From the NCBI GenBank assembly GCA_038230375.1, contig JBBRNJ010000022.1, positions 44,537 to 108,536 of the forward strand: a stretch of 64,000 bases of DNA. Direction: 5' to 3'. The position numbers and the translations under genes are program-made. The first letter of the stretch is position 1. Each line of letters opens with the position of its first letter. Of this stretch, positions 1 through 10,987 are shown in pieces. The notes below the pieces were generated by a model, which was not told the origin of the DNA, ran no database searches, and saw nothing but the letters and a program-made list of their open reading frames with translations. This DNA is from Polyangiales bacterium. Lineage in GTDB: Bacteria; Myxococcota_A; Polyangia; Polyangiales; Polyangiaceae.

Positions 1-514
1 GGAGCACGCGCACCAGGTACGCGGCGCGCCAGTCCAGATGCACCCAGATCGTGCCGCGTGGAGAGAGCAAGCGCGTGAGCGCCTCGAGCCTTGGCGCGAG
101 CATGTCGAGGTACGCGCCTGCGCCGCCGTCCTTCTTTCCCCAGCGGTCCCCGTAAGCAACACTCCGGTGCACGCGCCCGTCGGCGTTGCCATCTAGCCGC
201 GCCTCCAGGATGTAGTCGGTCTGCGAAAGGAACGGAGGGTCGACGTAGACGAGGTCTACCTTGCCGGCGAGCTGCTCGTCCTCGAGCAGGCTCGTCACCG
301 CGAGGGCGTCGCCCTGGATGAGCCGGTGTGTCTGATCGCCGTAGCGCTCGGAGGTGTGGAGCGCCTCCACCGGGTGCTCGCGCTGGTCGCGGTCTTCGCG
401 CTGGTCGCGTTGGTCGTGATTGCGGAACATGCGTCCAGGCCACGCGAGCACGGGGCCGGCGTCCGCTGCTGGGCCTGCTGTGCGCGTTGTTTGGGTTGTG
501 CGACGGCTGGCCAC
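1..514 (-). CDS. Site-specific DNA methyltransferase (N6-adenine/N4-cytosine, beta-class-like), 5' part; runs off the window edge
   Basis: Hand translation (absent from the ORF track): ...HRLIQGDAL...GKVDLVYVDPPF...AYGDRWG...AYLDMLAPRLEALTRLLSPRGTIWVHLDWRAAYLVRVL. DPPF catalytic motif IV precedes motif I, as in beta-class MTases. GTG start at 514 or 523. Confidence 0.85.
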   Translation of the reverse strand, partial: MASRRTTQTTRTAGPAADAGPVLAWPGRMFRNHDQRDQREDRDQREHPVEALHTSERYGDQTHRLIQGDALAVTSLLEDEQLAGKVDLVYVDPPFLSQTDYILEARLDGNADGRVHRSVAYGDRWGKKDGGAGAYLDMLAPRLEALTRLLSPRGTIWVHLDWRAAYLVRVL

Positions 515-595
515 GACGGGCACCGATGTTACCAGAAATGCGCGACTCCCAGACGCCAACGCCACATGCGACGGGGCTTCGACTTGGGGTGACAA

Positions 596-2773
596 GTGGA
601 GCGACCAGGTCTACGTTTATTGTTGGTGCCTGCTATTGCCCTCGTCACCCATCGGCTCGAGGCTGTGCTCAGGGCATTGCCCGCCGCGGAGCTACGCGCC
701 ATCATCGACCGCCTCGGCTTGACGATCGATCCGGCGAAGCGGCTCGATCCGCCGTCGCAGCTGGCCCGCGCGCTCGTCGCGCTACCAGAGCTCCGCGAAC
801 CGGCTCGTTTACCCGAGGCGAGCGCCGCCCTCCTCCATCGCGTCGCCGAAGCGAAGGGCCAGCTCGTGGTGCCTGCCCTTCCGCCAGCGCTTGGACCGCT
901 CGCTGCGCGCGGGCTGCTGTTCGCGCGGGGCAGCAAGACCTCCGTGGAGCTGATCCTCCCGTCCGCGTTCCTGTTGCAGCTTCGCTCGTGGGACGGCGAG
1001 GACCCGCGCGGAATTCGCGCGCTCCTGTCGCAAGCGTCCATGGAGACGCTGAGCGCGATCGCTGGACACTACCTGGGCAGGCCGGCCACCCCGCCCATCG
1101 CGCTCTCGCTGGAGGCCGCGTGGGAGGTGCTGGGCGACAACGAGAAGCTCTCCGCGGAAATAGACAAGCTGTCGCCGACGGAGCGCCGCGTGCTCGAAGG
1201 CGTGGAGCACGACGGCGGTGAGGTCGACACGGAGGAGCTCCTCGAGCTCGAGCGCGAGCCGCTACGCCTTCGCACGGCCACGGGTGCGACGCCTTCACGG
1301 CGCGGCGTCGGCTTCTCGCTGGAGCGCCGCGGCCTTTTGATTCCGGTGCATCCGAACCGGCACGTGGTGCCCACGGAGGTCTCTCGCATCATCGGCGCGA
1401 AGAGGCACGAGGAGCGAGAGCAGCGGCGAGCGCAGGTGTTGTCGGTGGTGCTCGCGGTCGACCACGCCCCGCGCCGCGCGCGGTTCTCGCATGATCCTTC
1501 GCCGCTCGCGCTGGGCATGAGCCTCGCCATCCTCGAGCCCGGCAATGAAGTGCGCTCCAACGTGGGTACACCCAAGTCGCTGATCGTGAAGCTTTCTACC
1601 CGCTTCGGCCGCGACAACGGGCAGGTAGCGCTCATCGGCGCGCTGTGTCGCGCGGTCGGACTCTGGGGCCCCACCGCGCAGAATTCGGGCGGGCCTCCCG
1701 GCTCGCTCACGCTGGACGAGCTCTCCTTCCACCTCTATCGCGCATGGGCGCGCGGCGGCGCATGGGATGAGGCGCGCAAGGAGCCTGAGGTCCTCAGACT
1801 CGCGCTGGAGGCGCGCGACTCCAGCCCGGTCGGTGCGATCCGCGCGATGGTGCAGAATGCGCTGAAAGACCTGGGTGAGGATCGCTGGGTGCCGTGGACG
1901 CAGCTTCAGGGTTACTTGAAGAGTGATCATCGCGTGCCCGGGCTCGCGCGACTGTTCCGCCGCTGGGCAGAGCGAAACGGCACGGAGATCGTCGAGCCGC
2001 TCGACGTGGCGCGTCGCATCGTGACGGAGAGCCTTCCGGCGCTCGGCGTGGTGGACCTTGGCGAGGGCGAGACCACCACGGGCGGTGCCACGGACGAGAT
2101 CGCGCTGCGCCTGACGCCGCGCGGCCGCGCCATGCTGTCCGACAAGACCTCTTCCGAGAAGGAGAAGACCAAGTCGAAGTTCCTCGACACGCACGTGCTC
2201 CAGGTCGGCACCAGCGCCCATGTCCACGCGGTCCTCGCGCTGTCCACGCTCGTGGAGGTCGGACGCGTCGCCGACACGCTCGACCTGATCGTCGCGCCGC
2301 AGACGCTCGCAAAGGCGCTCGCCGCAGGCTTCGAGGCAGACCAGGTGCGTCAACGCATCGAAGAGGTCGCTCCACTGCCGGAGACCCTGTCGCGCACGCT
2401 CGCGCAGGCCAGTGTCGTGCTCGGCCGCTGCACGTTCGAGCCAGCGGCCGGGTTCCTCTGGGTCGAGGACAAGAACATCCTCGAGCTCCTGCGCACGCGC
2501 AAGGCCACAGCGGAGCTCTTCGTGGAGCCGTCGCCACCGTCAGGTTTGCTGGTGCAGGCCAGCGTCGACCTGGACAAGCTGGTCCGGCGCTGCCGTACGA
2601 TCGGCATCGAAGTCGTGTACGACGGCAACGTGATCCGCGCACGCGCGATGGGCACCGGCGGCACCCCACTCCCTCGCTCTCTCACGCCCCCGCCCGGCAA
2701 AGTGACCGCCGTGAGAAGCCTTCAGCGCTCCCCCACGCCGCCCCCAGTGGCCGTGCGCAAGACCGAGAAGTGA
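596..2773 (+). CDS. Helicase-associated domain protein (Helicase_C_3/XPB-associated-like C-terminal region), no ATPase motifs
   Basis: 725-aa ORF with host-like codon usage. The C-terminal ...LIVAPQTLAKALAAGFEADQVRQRIEEVAPLPETLSRTL... resembles Helicase_C_3. Start position uncertain. Confidence 0.55.
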   Translation: MERPGLRLLLVPAIALVTHRLEAVLRALPAAELRAIIDRLGLTIDPAKRLDPPSQLARALVALPELREPARLPEASAALLHRVAEAKGQLVVPALPPALGPLAARGLLFARGSKTSVELILPSAFLLQLRSWDGEDPRGIRALLSQASMETLSAIAGHYLGRPATPPIALSLEAAWEVLGDNEKLSAEIDKLSPTERRVLEGVEHDGGEVDTEELLELEREPLRLRTATGATPSRRGVGFSLERRGLLIPVHPNRHVVPTEVSRIIGAKRHEEREQRRAQVLSVVLAVDHAPRRARFSHDPSPLALGMSLAILEPGNEVRSNVGTPKSLIVKLSTRFGRDNGQVALIGALCRAVGLWGPTAQNSGGPPGSLTLDELSFHLYRAWARGGAWDEARKEPEVLRLALEARDSSPVGAIRAMVQNALKDLGEDRWVPWTQLQGYLKSDHRVPGLARLFRRWAERNGTEIVEPLDVARRIVTESLPALGVVDLGEGETTTGGATDEIALRLTPRGRAMLSDKTSSEKEKTKSKFLDTHVLQVGTSAHVHAVLALSTLVEVGRVADTLDLIVAPQTLAKALAAGFEADQVRQRIEEVAPLPETLSRTLAQASVVLGRCTFEPAAGFLWVEDKNILELLRTRKATAELFVEPSPPSGLLVQASVDLDKLVRRCRTIGIEVVYDGNVIRARAMGTGGTPLPRSLTPPPGKVTAVRSLQRSPTPPPVAVRKTEK

Positions 2774-2801
2774 TCCCTTCCGTCGTTCCGGTGAATCTCT
2801 C

Positions 2802-4448
<1,647 letters not shown>

Positions 4449-4516
4449 GAGCCGGTTTTTACCACGAGCCCAGGAGCCTGTAGGGCGTATGTGTCGCGCG
4501 AAAAATGCAGGACGAC

Positions 4517-5491
4517 TTACGAGAGGGCGAGCATGCGATCAATGGGGATTCTTGCCTTGGCGATGAGCTCCGCGCTCATCTCGAGCCGGGGCGAGAGATC
4601 GCGCAGCGCGAGGTAGATCTTCTCGAGCGAGTTCTTCTTCATGTGAGGACATTCGTTGCAAGCGCAGTTCGCCTCGGGAGGTGCCGGGATGAACGTCTTG
4701 TCCGGCGCTGCCTTCTGCATCTGGTGCAGGATGCCCGGCTCCGTGACCACGATGAACTCCTTCTCGGGGCTCGCGGCGGCGTGCTTCAAGATGCCAGTGG
4801 TGGAGCCCACGTAGTCCGCCATGCGCAGGATGACCTCTTCGCACTCGGGGTGCGCGAGGACCTTCGCCTTCGGGTGGCGTTCCTTCAAGGCGATGAGCTT
4901 CCGCTCGCTGAAGGTCTCGTGGACGATGCAGCTGCCCTGCCACAGCTCCATGGGGCGCCCGAGCTTCTTCACCAGGAACGCGCCAAGGTTCTTGTCGGGC
5001 GCGAACAGCACCTTCTTGTCCTTCGGGATCGCCGCGACGATCTTCTCCGCGTTCGACGACGTCACGATGTAGTCGGACTCCGACTTCACGTCCGCGGAGC
5101 AGTTGATGTAGCTCACGGTGACGGCGCCGGGGTGCCTTGCCTTCCATGCGCGAAAGCGGTCGATGGGGCAGCCGTCCGCGAGCGAGCAGCCCGCATCCAT
5201 ATCGGGCACGACGACGATGCGCTCGGGGTTCAGGATCTTCGCGGTCTCCGCCATGAAGTGGACTCCGGCGAAGCAGATGACGTCGCTCTTTGCGGCCGCA
5301 GCGGCCTGCGCGAGCTGGAGTGAGTCGCCAATGACGTCAGCAACGTCCTGGATGTCGCTGTCCTGGTAGTAGTGCGCGAGGATGATCGCGTTCTTCTCGA
5401 CCTTGAGACGCTTGATCTCCTCCTCCAGGTCGAGGGACGGATCGACGGGCTTCGGAGAGGCCTTCCCGTAGACGGGCAATCGGGTGTTCAC
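4517..5491 (-). CDS. nadA: Quinolinate synthase A
   Basis: [52 protein letters not shown] start at 5491 chosen over the track's 5527. Confidence 0.95.
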   Translation of the reverse strand: MNTRLPVYGKASPKPVDPSLDLEEEIKRLKVEKNAIILAHYYQDSDIQDVADVIGDSLQLAQAAAAAKSDVICFAGVHFMAETAKILNPERIVVVPDMDAGCSLADGCPIDRFRAWKARHPGAVTVSYINCSADVKSESDYIVTSSNAEKIVAAIPKDKKVLFAPDKNLGAFLVKKLGRPMELWQGSCIVHETFSERKLIALKERHPKAKVLAHPECEEVILRMADYVGSTTGILKHAAASPEKEFIVVTEPGILHQMQKAAPDKTFIPAPPEANCACNECPHMKKNSLEKIYLALRDLSPRLEMSAELIAKARIPIDRMLALS

Positions 5492-5549
5492 GGTTGAGAA
5501 CTTAGGAGCGATTCCACCGGGGCTCAACCCCCAGCGAAAACCGCCCGAC

Positions 5550-6068
5550 CTAGCCGCCAGATTTGCTGTTCGCGCTCTTGCGGGCGCGCAGCAGGCTCTC
5601 GGCGAGCACGGGGCCGAGCGCCTCCAGCATGACGGACTCCACGAAGGCGCGGACGGACTCGCGCTCTCCGTCGTCGGCGAAGACGAACTCGATGCCCATA
5701 CCTGCCTCTTCGTCGGGCGTGCTCTTCACCCAGCGAACCTTGCCGCGCATGGCCAGGCGCCGGTTGGTGGGGCGCCCGGGGCTTGGCGGGGCTGCATCAT
5801 CGCCGTCCGCACGATCATCGGGCGGCGAGGCGCCTCTTTTCGCACCAGGCATGATGAACACGAAGATGAACTCGGAGCCCACGGGCAGCGGCTTCACGGT
5901 GTGGATGAACGTACCGCCACGAGAGATATTCTTCGTGTAGTCGGCGATGAACGAGTTCAAACGCGTGTATTCAACACGCAAGACCACGGGCGCTCTGGCG
6001 TCCTCGCGGAACTCGTCGTCCACGGCGCTCACCGAACCAGGAAGGCCGCCTGTTCCGCCACCAGCCAT
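5550..6068 (-). CDS. TIGR02266-family PilZ-like protein
   Basis: RxxxR-like [37 protein letters not shown]. Confidence 0.85.
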   Translation of the reverse strand: MAGGGTGGLPGSVSAVDDEFREDARAPVVLRVEYTRLNSFIADYTKNISRGGTFIHTVKPLPVGSEFIFVFIMPGAKRGASPPDDRADGDDAAPPSPGRPTNRRLAMRGKVRWVKSTPDEEAGMGIEFVFADDGERESVRAFVESVMLEALGPVLAESLLRARKSANSKSGG

Positions 6069-6147
6069 GCATCGAGCCTACCAGGCCGGCCGGATTTCCG
6101 GTACCGTTGACCTGCCGCTGTGTTTGCTGGCGGGGGCAAGCTAGTTC

Positions 6148-8628
6148 ATGGACAAGACCATCCAACCCGGCAACGTCATCGCCGGCAAATACACCGTCGA
6201 GACCGTACTCGGCGTCGGCGGCATGGGCATGGTCGTGAAGGCGCGGCAATCGGGGCTCGATCGCCCTGTCGCCATCAAGCTCCTCCTTGGCGCGTTCCGC
6301 GAGCGCAAGGACATCGTCGAGCGCTTCTACCGCGAGGCCAAGGCAGCGGCGCGCGTCCGCAGCGAGCATGTGGCGCAGGTCTTCGACGTGGGCACCACCG
6401 AGGAGGGCGACCCGTACCTTGCGATGGAGTTCCTGGAGGGGGAGGACCTGGACCGGCGGCTGGAGCGCGAGCACCGCTTCACTCTGGCGGCGGCCGCAAC
6501 GTACATGCAGCAGACATGCATGGGCGTGGCGGAGGCGCATGCGGCGCGAATCGTCCATCGCGACCTGAAGCCCGCGAACCTGTTCGTCGCCCAGAGCAAC
6601 AAGGGTCGCACGCTTGTGAAGGTCATCGACTTCGGCATCTCGAAGGTCGATGAGGGTCCGTCGACGCTCACGCAGACCGGCGGGTCCATGGGCACCGTCT
6701 ACTACATGGCGCCCGAGCAGATCGAGAACCCCAAGGCGGTGGATGGGCGCTCCGATGTCTGGGCGCTCGGCGTCATCTTCCACCAGTTCCTCACCGGCGA
6801 GGTCCCGTACGGCGGCGACACCATGCCCATGGTGATCGCCAGCGTCCTCAAGAACAAGCGCAAGCCGGCGCACACGATCGTGCCGGGCCTTCCGCCCGAA
6901 GTTGACCAGATCATCGAGCGATGTCTGCAGCACGATCCGGCCATGCGATTCCAATCCGCGCAAGAGCTCGGTGAGGCGATCGCGGCGCTCGTTTCGGATC
7001 CGAGCTCGTCGTACGTGGCGGCGCGGATGCGGGCATCGCCGGATGCGCGCGCCCCGAGCGCCTCAGGGCACTCCAGCTCCGTACCCGACCTGATGATCCC
7101 GGATCGCGCGAGCGGCAACGGCCCAGGCAGCGCCGGTGGCCTGGGCATAGCGCAGACGCAGGCCGCAGCGTCATCGAGTTCATCGATGAGAGGCAACGCC
7201 TCCATCGAGCTCGATGGCGACGACGACGCCGGCCTCCAGCTCGAGATCGACGACCCTCGCGTGCGCTCACACGTTCCCCCTGGCGCGGGCTTCAACGTGG
7301 CGGGCATGCAGGGCGCCAGCATGCACGCCAGCGCGAAGTCAAGCTCACCGCGGCTTCCCGCGAACCCGGCATCCAATCCTGGCTCGCCTTCAGGTTCGCT
7401 GATTCGCACGGACGAGCCCGTGCACCGCTCGCTTGTTGCAACGAGCCCGATCCGCCGCTCCAGCCCGAAGCCCATCGCGCTCATCTTCGGCGGCGTCTTT
7501 GCGGTGGTGGTGGCGCTTGGCCTCGGACTCGTTGTCGGCCTTCCACGCATGGCAACATCCTCACTGCAAAGTTCCCTCGTGGCGGGCGGCATCAACGCAA
7601 CCTTTGACGGCGCGCGCTTCGCAGGAACTGGGGTCGAGCTCACCAACATCGACGCCACCATCGCGGCGCTCAACGGAACCGTCGTCCACGCGCGGAAGGG
7701 TCGGCTGTCGTTCGGCGCGGGCGACCTCACGCTCAAGGAAGTAGACGTGGTCTCGCAGGCGCCACTCGACGAGGTCGCGCGCATCTGGGACGCCAGTGAC
7801 CCCTCCTTGCCGCGGACCCTCCGCATGGAGGACACGCACCTGCACCAGACGCTCTGGAACAACATCGTGCTGGATGTGACGGGCGCGCTTGTCGTGGACA
7901 CCACGGTGAGCGGGGGCGCGCGCACGCTGACTGTCTCGTCGCAGAACGCCACCCTGCAGACCCCCGTTGGCACGTACGGTCCGTTCCCGCTGTTGCTCGA
8001 GCGCGGCGCCGACAAGACGGTGCTTGCGCTGGGCGCGAAGGACGGCGCAGGCCTCGAGATGACGTGGTCCGCCACATCGACGGAGCTCAAGGCGCACGCG
8101 CCGCGCGCGCAGTACGCACTCCCGGTGAAAGCACTCGGACTGTTCACCGAAGACGCCGTGGAGCTGTCACTCGATCTCACCGCGACCAACGACATCACGG
8201 GCGACATGGGCGGCAAGGGCAGCGTCCACGTATGGAACGCGAAGCTCGGGTCCGGGAGGGTCGACGTTGCATGGGACTTCCAGGTCGGTGGCAAGGACAA
8301 CGACGTTGCTCTGAAGACCACGAAGGCCACCGTTGGCCCGTTCAGTGGAGACCTTCGCGGTGAGTGGAATGGCGCGGACCAGAAGAAGGCGTACCTCAAG
8401 TTCCACACGGACACGATCCCCTGCTCGGAGGTAGCACGGCTCCACCAGAGCCACGGGACGTCCGCACAGATCCTCTCCAGCCTCGCCGACTATGCTGGTC
8501 TCGCGGCCACCACGGGCACCGCGGCCGCCTCTGGCGTGGTCACCGTGAACCTGGAGTCCCCGCCCCGCGCGTGGGCGAGCATCTCCAAGAACGACACGTG
8601 CGGGCTCCAGATCTTCCCAGGCAAATGA
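6148..8628 (+). CDS. Membrane-anchored Ser/Thr protein kinase with beta-rich extracytoplasmic C-terminal domain
   Basis: LGVGGMG, VAIK, HRDLKPANLF, DFG, YMAPEQ, DVWALG; TM segment IALIFGGVFAVVVALGLGLVVGL. Confidence 0.93.
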   Translation: MDKTIQPGNVIAGKYTVETVLGVGGMGMVVKARQSGLDRPVAIKLLLGAFRERKDIVERFYREAKAAARVRSEHVAQVFDVGTTEEGDPYLAMEFLEGEDLDRRLEREHRFTLAAAATYMQQTCMGVAEAHAARIVHRDLKPANLFVAQSNKGRTLVKVIDFGISKVDEGPSTLTQTGGSMGTVYYMAPEQIENPKAVDGRSDVWALGVIFHQFLTGEVPYGGDTMPMVIASVLKNKRKPAHTIVPGLPPEVDQIIERCLQHDPAMRFQSAQELGEAIAALVSDPSSSYVAARMRASPDARAPSASGHSSSVPDLMIPDRASGNGPGSAGGLGIAQTQAAASSSSSMRGNASIELDGDDDAGLQLEIDDPRVRSHVPPGAGFNVAGMQGASMHASAKSSSPRLPANPASNPGSPSGSLIRTDEPVHRSLVATSPIRRSSPKPIALIFGGVFAVVVALGLGLVVGLPRMATSSLQSSLVAGGINATFDGARFAGTGVELTNIDATIAALNGTVVHARKGRLSFGAGDLTLKEVDVVSQAPLDEVARIWDASDPSLPRTLRMEDTHLHQTLWNNIVLDVTGALVVDTTVSGGARTLTVSSQNATLQTPVGTYGPFPLLLERGADKTVLALGAKDGAGLEMTWSATSTELKAHAPRAQYALPVKALGLFTEDAVELSLDLTATNDITGDMGGKGSVHVWNAKLGSGRVDVAWDFQVGGKDNDVALKTTKATVGPFSGDLRGEWNGADQKKAYLKFHTDTIPCSEVARLHQSHGTSAQILSSLADYAGLAATTGTAAASGVVTVNLESPPRAWASISKNDTCGLQIFPGK

Positions 8629-10292
8629 CCATTCGCGAAAAGCTACTGACCTTCGCCGACGACATCCGCCGCACTCCCGCACGCGCGCGTGCAATCCACG
8701 CGATGAACTTCTCCAGCGGTCTCGTATGGGAGATGTCCGCGCGCGGCATCCAGACGGCGGCGCAGAACCTGCTCCTGGGCGGGACCAACCCGGCGCTGAT
8801 CTACCGCATCCACGGCCAGAACACGCCGCAGAAGCCCGCGATCATCTACCGGGATGCGGTGACCACATTCGCCGAGCTCGACTCGCTCGTCGACAGGCTC
8901 GCCCACGGCCTCACCCGACGGGGCGTGCGCAGGGGGCAGAGCTTCCTGTTGCTCATGAAGAACAAGGTGGAGCTCGTTGCGCTCGCCATTGCCGCCACGC
9001 GCATCGGCGCTTCGGCCGTGAGCGCATCGTGGCGCGCCACGGGCGCAGAGCTCGCATACCTGGTGGAGAACTCACGCGCGCGCGCGATCGTGTTCGACCA
9101 CGAGCTCGCTGCCACCGTGGACGCAGCGGACCTTGCGACCATCGCGCCCACCATTGCGCGCTTCGCCGTGGGCGGACGCGTGAAGGGTGCAGATCTCCTG
9201 TCCGAGCTCGTGGATGGCGCACCTTCGGCGACCTACGCGGCAGAGAAGGGCGCTGACGACGACGCGGCCGTTGTCATCTACACGTCCGGCACCACCGGCA
9301 AGCCCAAGGGCGCGGTCCGCAAGTTCCCGAAGGACGCGTTCACGCAGGCATGCACGTTCATCTCTTCCACGCCCATGCGCACGGATGACGTGCACCTTGT
9401 CACCTGCCCGCTCTATCACTCCACGGCGTTCGGGTTCCTGTCACTCTCTCATCTGCTCGGCTGCACCGCCGTGATCATGGACGAGTACAAGCCGCAGGCG
9501 TTCATGGATGCGGTGGAGAAGCACAAGGTCACCACCGTGGCCATCGTCCCCACCATGCTGCAGCGCCTGATGGACTCCGGACCCGAGGTCCTGCGGAGCC
9601 GTGAGACGCGCTCTCTGCGCGCCGTCTTTTCTGGCGGAGCGGCGCTGTCGGCCCCGCTGGCCACGGCCTTCATGGACGAGTTCGGAGATGTACTCTACAA
9701 CTTTTACGGAGCCACCGAGACCGGCCTTGTGACGCTCGCCTCGCCGCGCGACCTGCGTGATGCGCCCGGCACGATCGGCCGCACGCTGCCCGGCAACCAC
9801 ATCAAGCTGCTGGACGACAGCGGCCACGAGACGCAAGGCACCGGCGAGCTGTACGTGAAGAACGACCTTCTTGTCGCTGGCTACTACGGCGACGAGGCCG
9901 CCACGAACGACAGCATGAAGGACGGATACTTCTCCGTGGGCGACCTTGCGCGCAAGGATCGCGACGGTCGCTACTTCATCGACGGTCGCAAGCGCGACAT
10001 GATCATCAGCGGCGGCGTGAACGTGTACCCCGCGGAGGTGGAGGGCGCACTGGAGGCACACCCCGATATCGTGGAGGTCGCGGTCGTCGGCGTGCCGGAC
10101 CGCGAGTGGGGTGAGAAGGTTCGCGCCTTCGCCGTGCTGCGCCCCGGCTCCACACTGGATGAGGCCGGGCTGAAGCACTACGCAAAGGAGCGATTGTCCG
10201 GCGCCAAGGTGCCGCGCGACATCGTCTTCCTGGAAGCGCTACCCCGGAATCCCACGGGAAAAGTGCTGAAACGCGAGCTGCGCGAGCGCTGA
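8625..10292 (+). CDS. AMP-binding acyl-CoA synthetase
   Basis: YTSGTTGKPKG, YGATETG, GDLA, GRKRDMIISGGVNVYP, LPRNPTGKVLK. ATGA overlap with the kinase stop fixes the start at 8625. Confidence 0.92.
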   Translation: MTIREKLLTFADDIRRTPARARAIHAMNFSSGLVWEMSARGIQTAAQNLLLGGTNPALIYRIHGQNTPQKPAIIYRDAVTTFAELDSLVDRLAHGLTRRGVRRGQSFLLLMKNKVELVALAIAATRIGASAVSASWRATGAELAYLVENSRARAIVFDHELAATVDAADLATIAPTIARFAVGGRVKGADLLSELVDGAPSATYAAEKGADDDAAVVIYTSGTTGKPKGAVRKFPKDAFTQACTFISSTPMRTDDVHLVTCPLYHSTAFGFLSLSHLLGCTAVIMDEYKPQAFMDAVEKHKVTTVAIVPTMLQRLMDSGPEVLRSRETRSLRAVFSGGAALSAPLATAFMDEFGDVLYNFYGATETGLVTLASPRDLRDAPGTIGRTLPGNHIKLLDDSGHETQGTGELYVKNDLLVAGYYGDEAATNDSMKDGYFSVGDLARKDRDGRYFIDGRKRDMIISGGVNVYPAEVEGALEAHPDIVEVAVVGVPDREWGEKVRAFAVLRPGSTLDEAGLKHYAKERLSGAKVPRDIVFLEALPRNPTGKVLKRELRER

Positions 10293-10372
10293 CCCGAGCT
10301 GCGCAGGCGCCTCCCCCAAGAATAACGTGGGCAACCGGGAACCTTCCGGGCGCGCGCGCGTGACACTCGGCG

Positions 10373-10987
10373 ATGATGGCGATCGCCATGAGCGAAGTGT
10401 TCCCGAGAAGGGCCGAGAGGGGCGTACCGCCCGGTCTCGACGCCGCTGTCCTCACGCGATGTCGCGCGCAGGACCCGGTCGCCTTTCGCGCGTTCGTGGT
10501 GCGCTACCAGAACATGGTCTTCGCGCTGCTGTCGCGCATGCTCGGCCACGGCGCGGAGGTGGAGGACCTGGCGCAGGAGACGTTCATGCGTGCGTACCGC
10601 GCCTTCCCGACGTTCGAGCTCGACGGCGCGGCGAAGGCCTCCACGTGGCTCCTGACGATCGCAACGCGGCTCGCGCTCGACTCGCGCCGGAAGAAGAAGC
10701 TTCACCTGGCGGATCTGGATGAAACGGATGTCGCGGAGGTGGCGGTCGCGCCCGGAACGCCAGAGCAGTCGCTTCACCACAGGCAGCTGGGGCTGGCGAT
10801 CTCGCGCGTTGCGGCCACCTTGCCGGACGATCAACGCGCGGCGCTTCTCCTGTGCGAGGTGCATGGGTTGTCGATCACGGAGATCGCCTCCGCGCTCCTC
10901 GTGCCCGAGAACACTGCCAAGACGCGCCTGTTTCGCGCGCGCGAAAAGATGCGTGAGGCGCTGGCCGGAGAATGGAGGACGCCGTGA
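10373..10987 (+). CDS. ECF RNA polymerase sigma factor
   Basis: EDLAQETFMRAY, STWLLTIA (region 2); LPDDQRAALLL...GLSITEIA...ENTAKTRLFRAR (region 4). Confidence 0.92.
   Translation: MMAIAMSEVFPRRAERGVPPGLDAAVLTRCRAQDPVAFRAFVVRYQNMVFALLSRMLGHGAEVEDLAQETFMRAYRAFPTFELDGAAKASTWLLTIATRLALDSRRKKKLHLADLDETDVAEVAVAPGTPEQSLHHRQLGLAISRVAATLPDDQRAALLLCEVHGLSITEIASALLVPENTAKTRLFRAREKMREALAGEWRTP

Noticed and set aside
1..514. Idea that this MTase targets the TCGA-rich repeat arrays, or is a Type III R-M Mod subunit
   Set aside because: The gene is truncated, specificity cannot be read from this sequence, and no res gene is visible
8364..8624. N-terminal extensions of track ORFs (also 13380-13766, 35066-35419, 54600-54854)
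   Set aside because: They overlap neighbouring genes; better starts are supported by coupling, SD or domain boundaries
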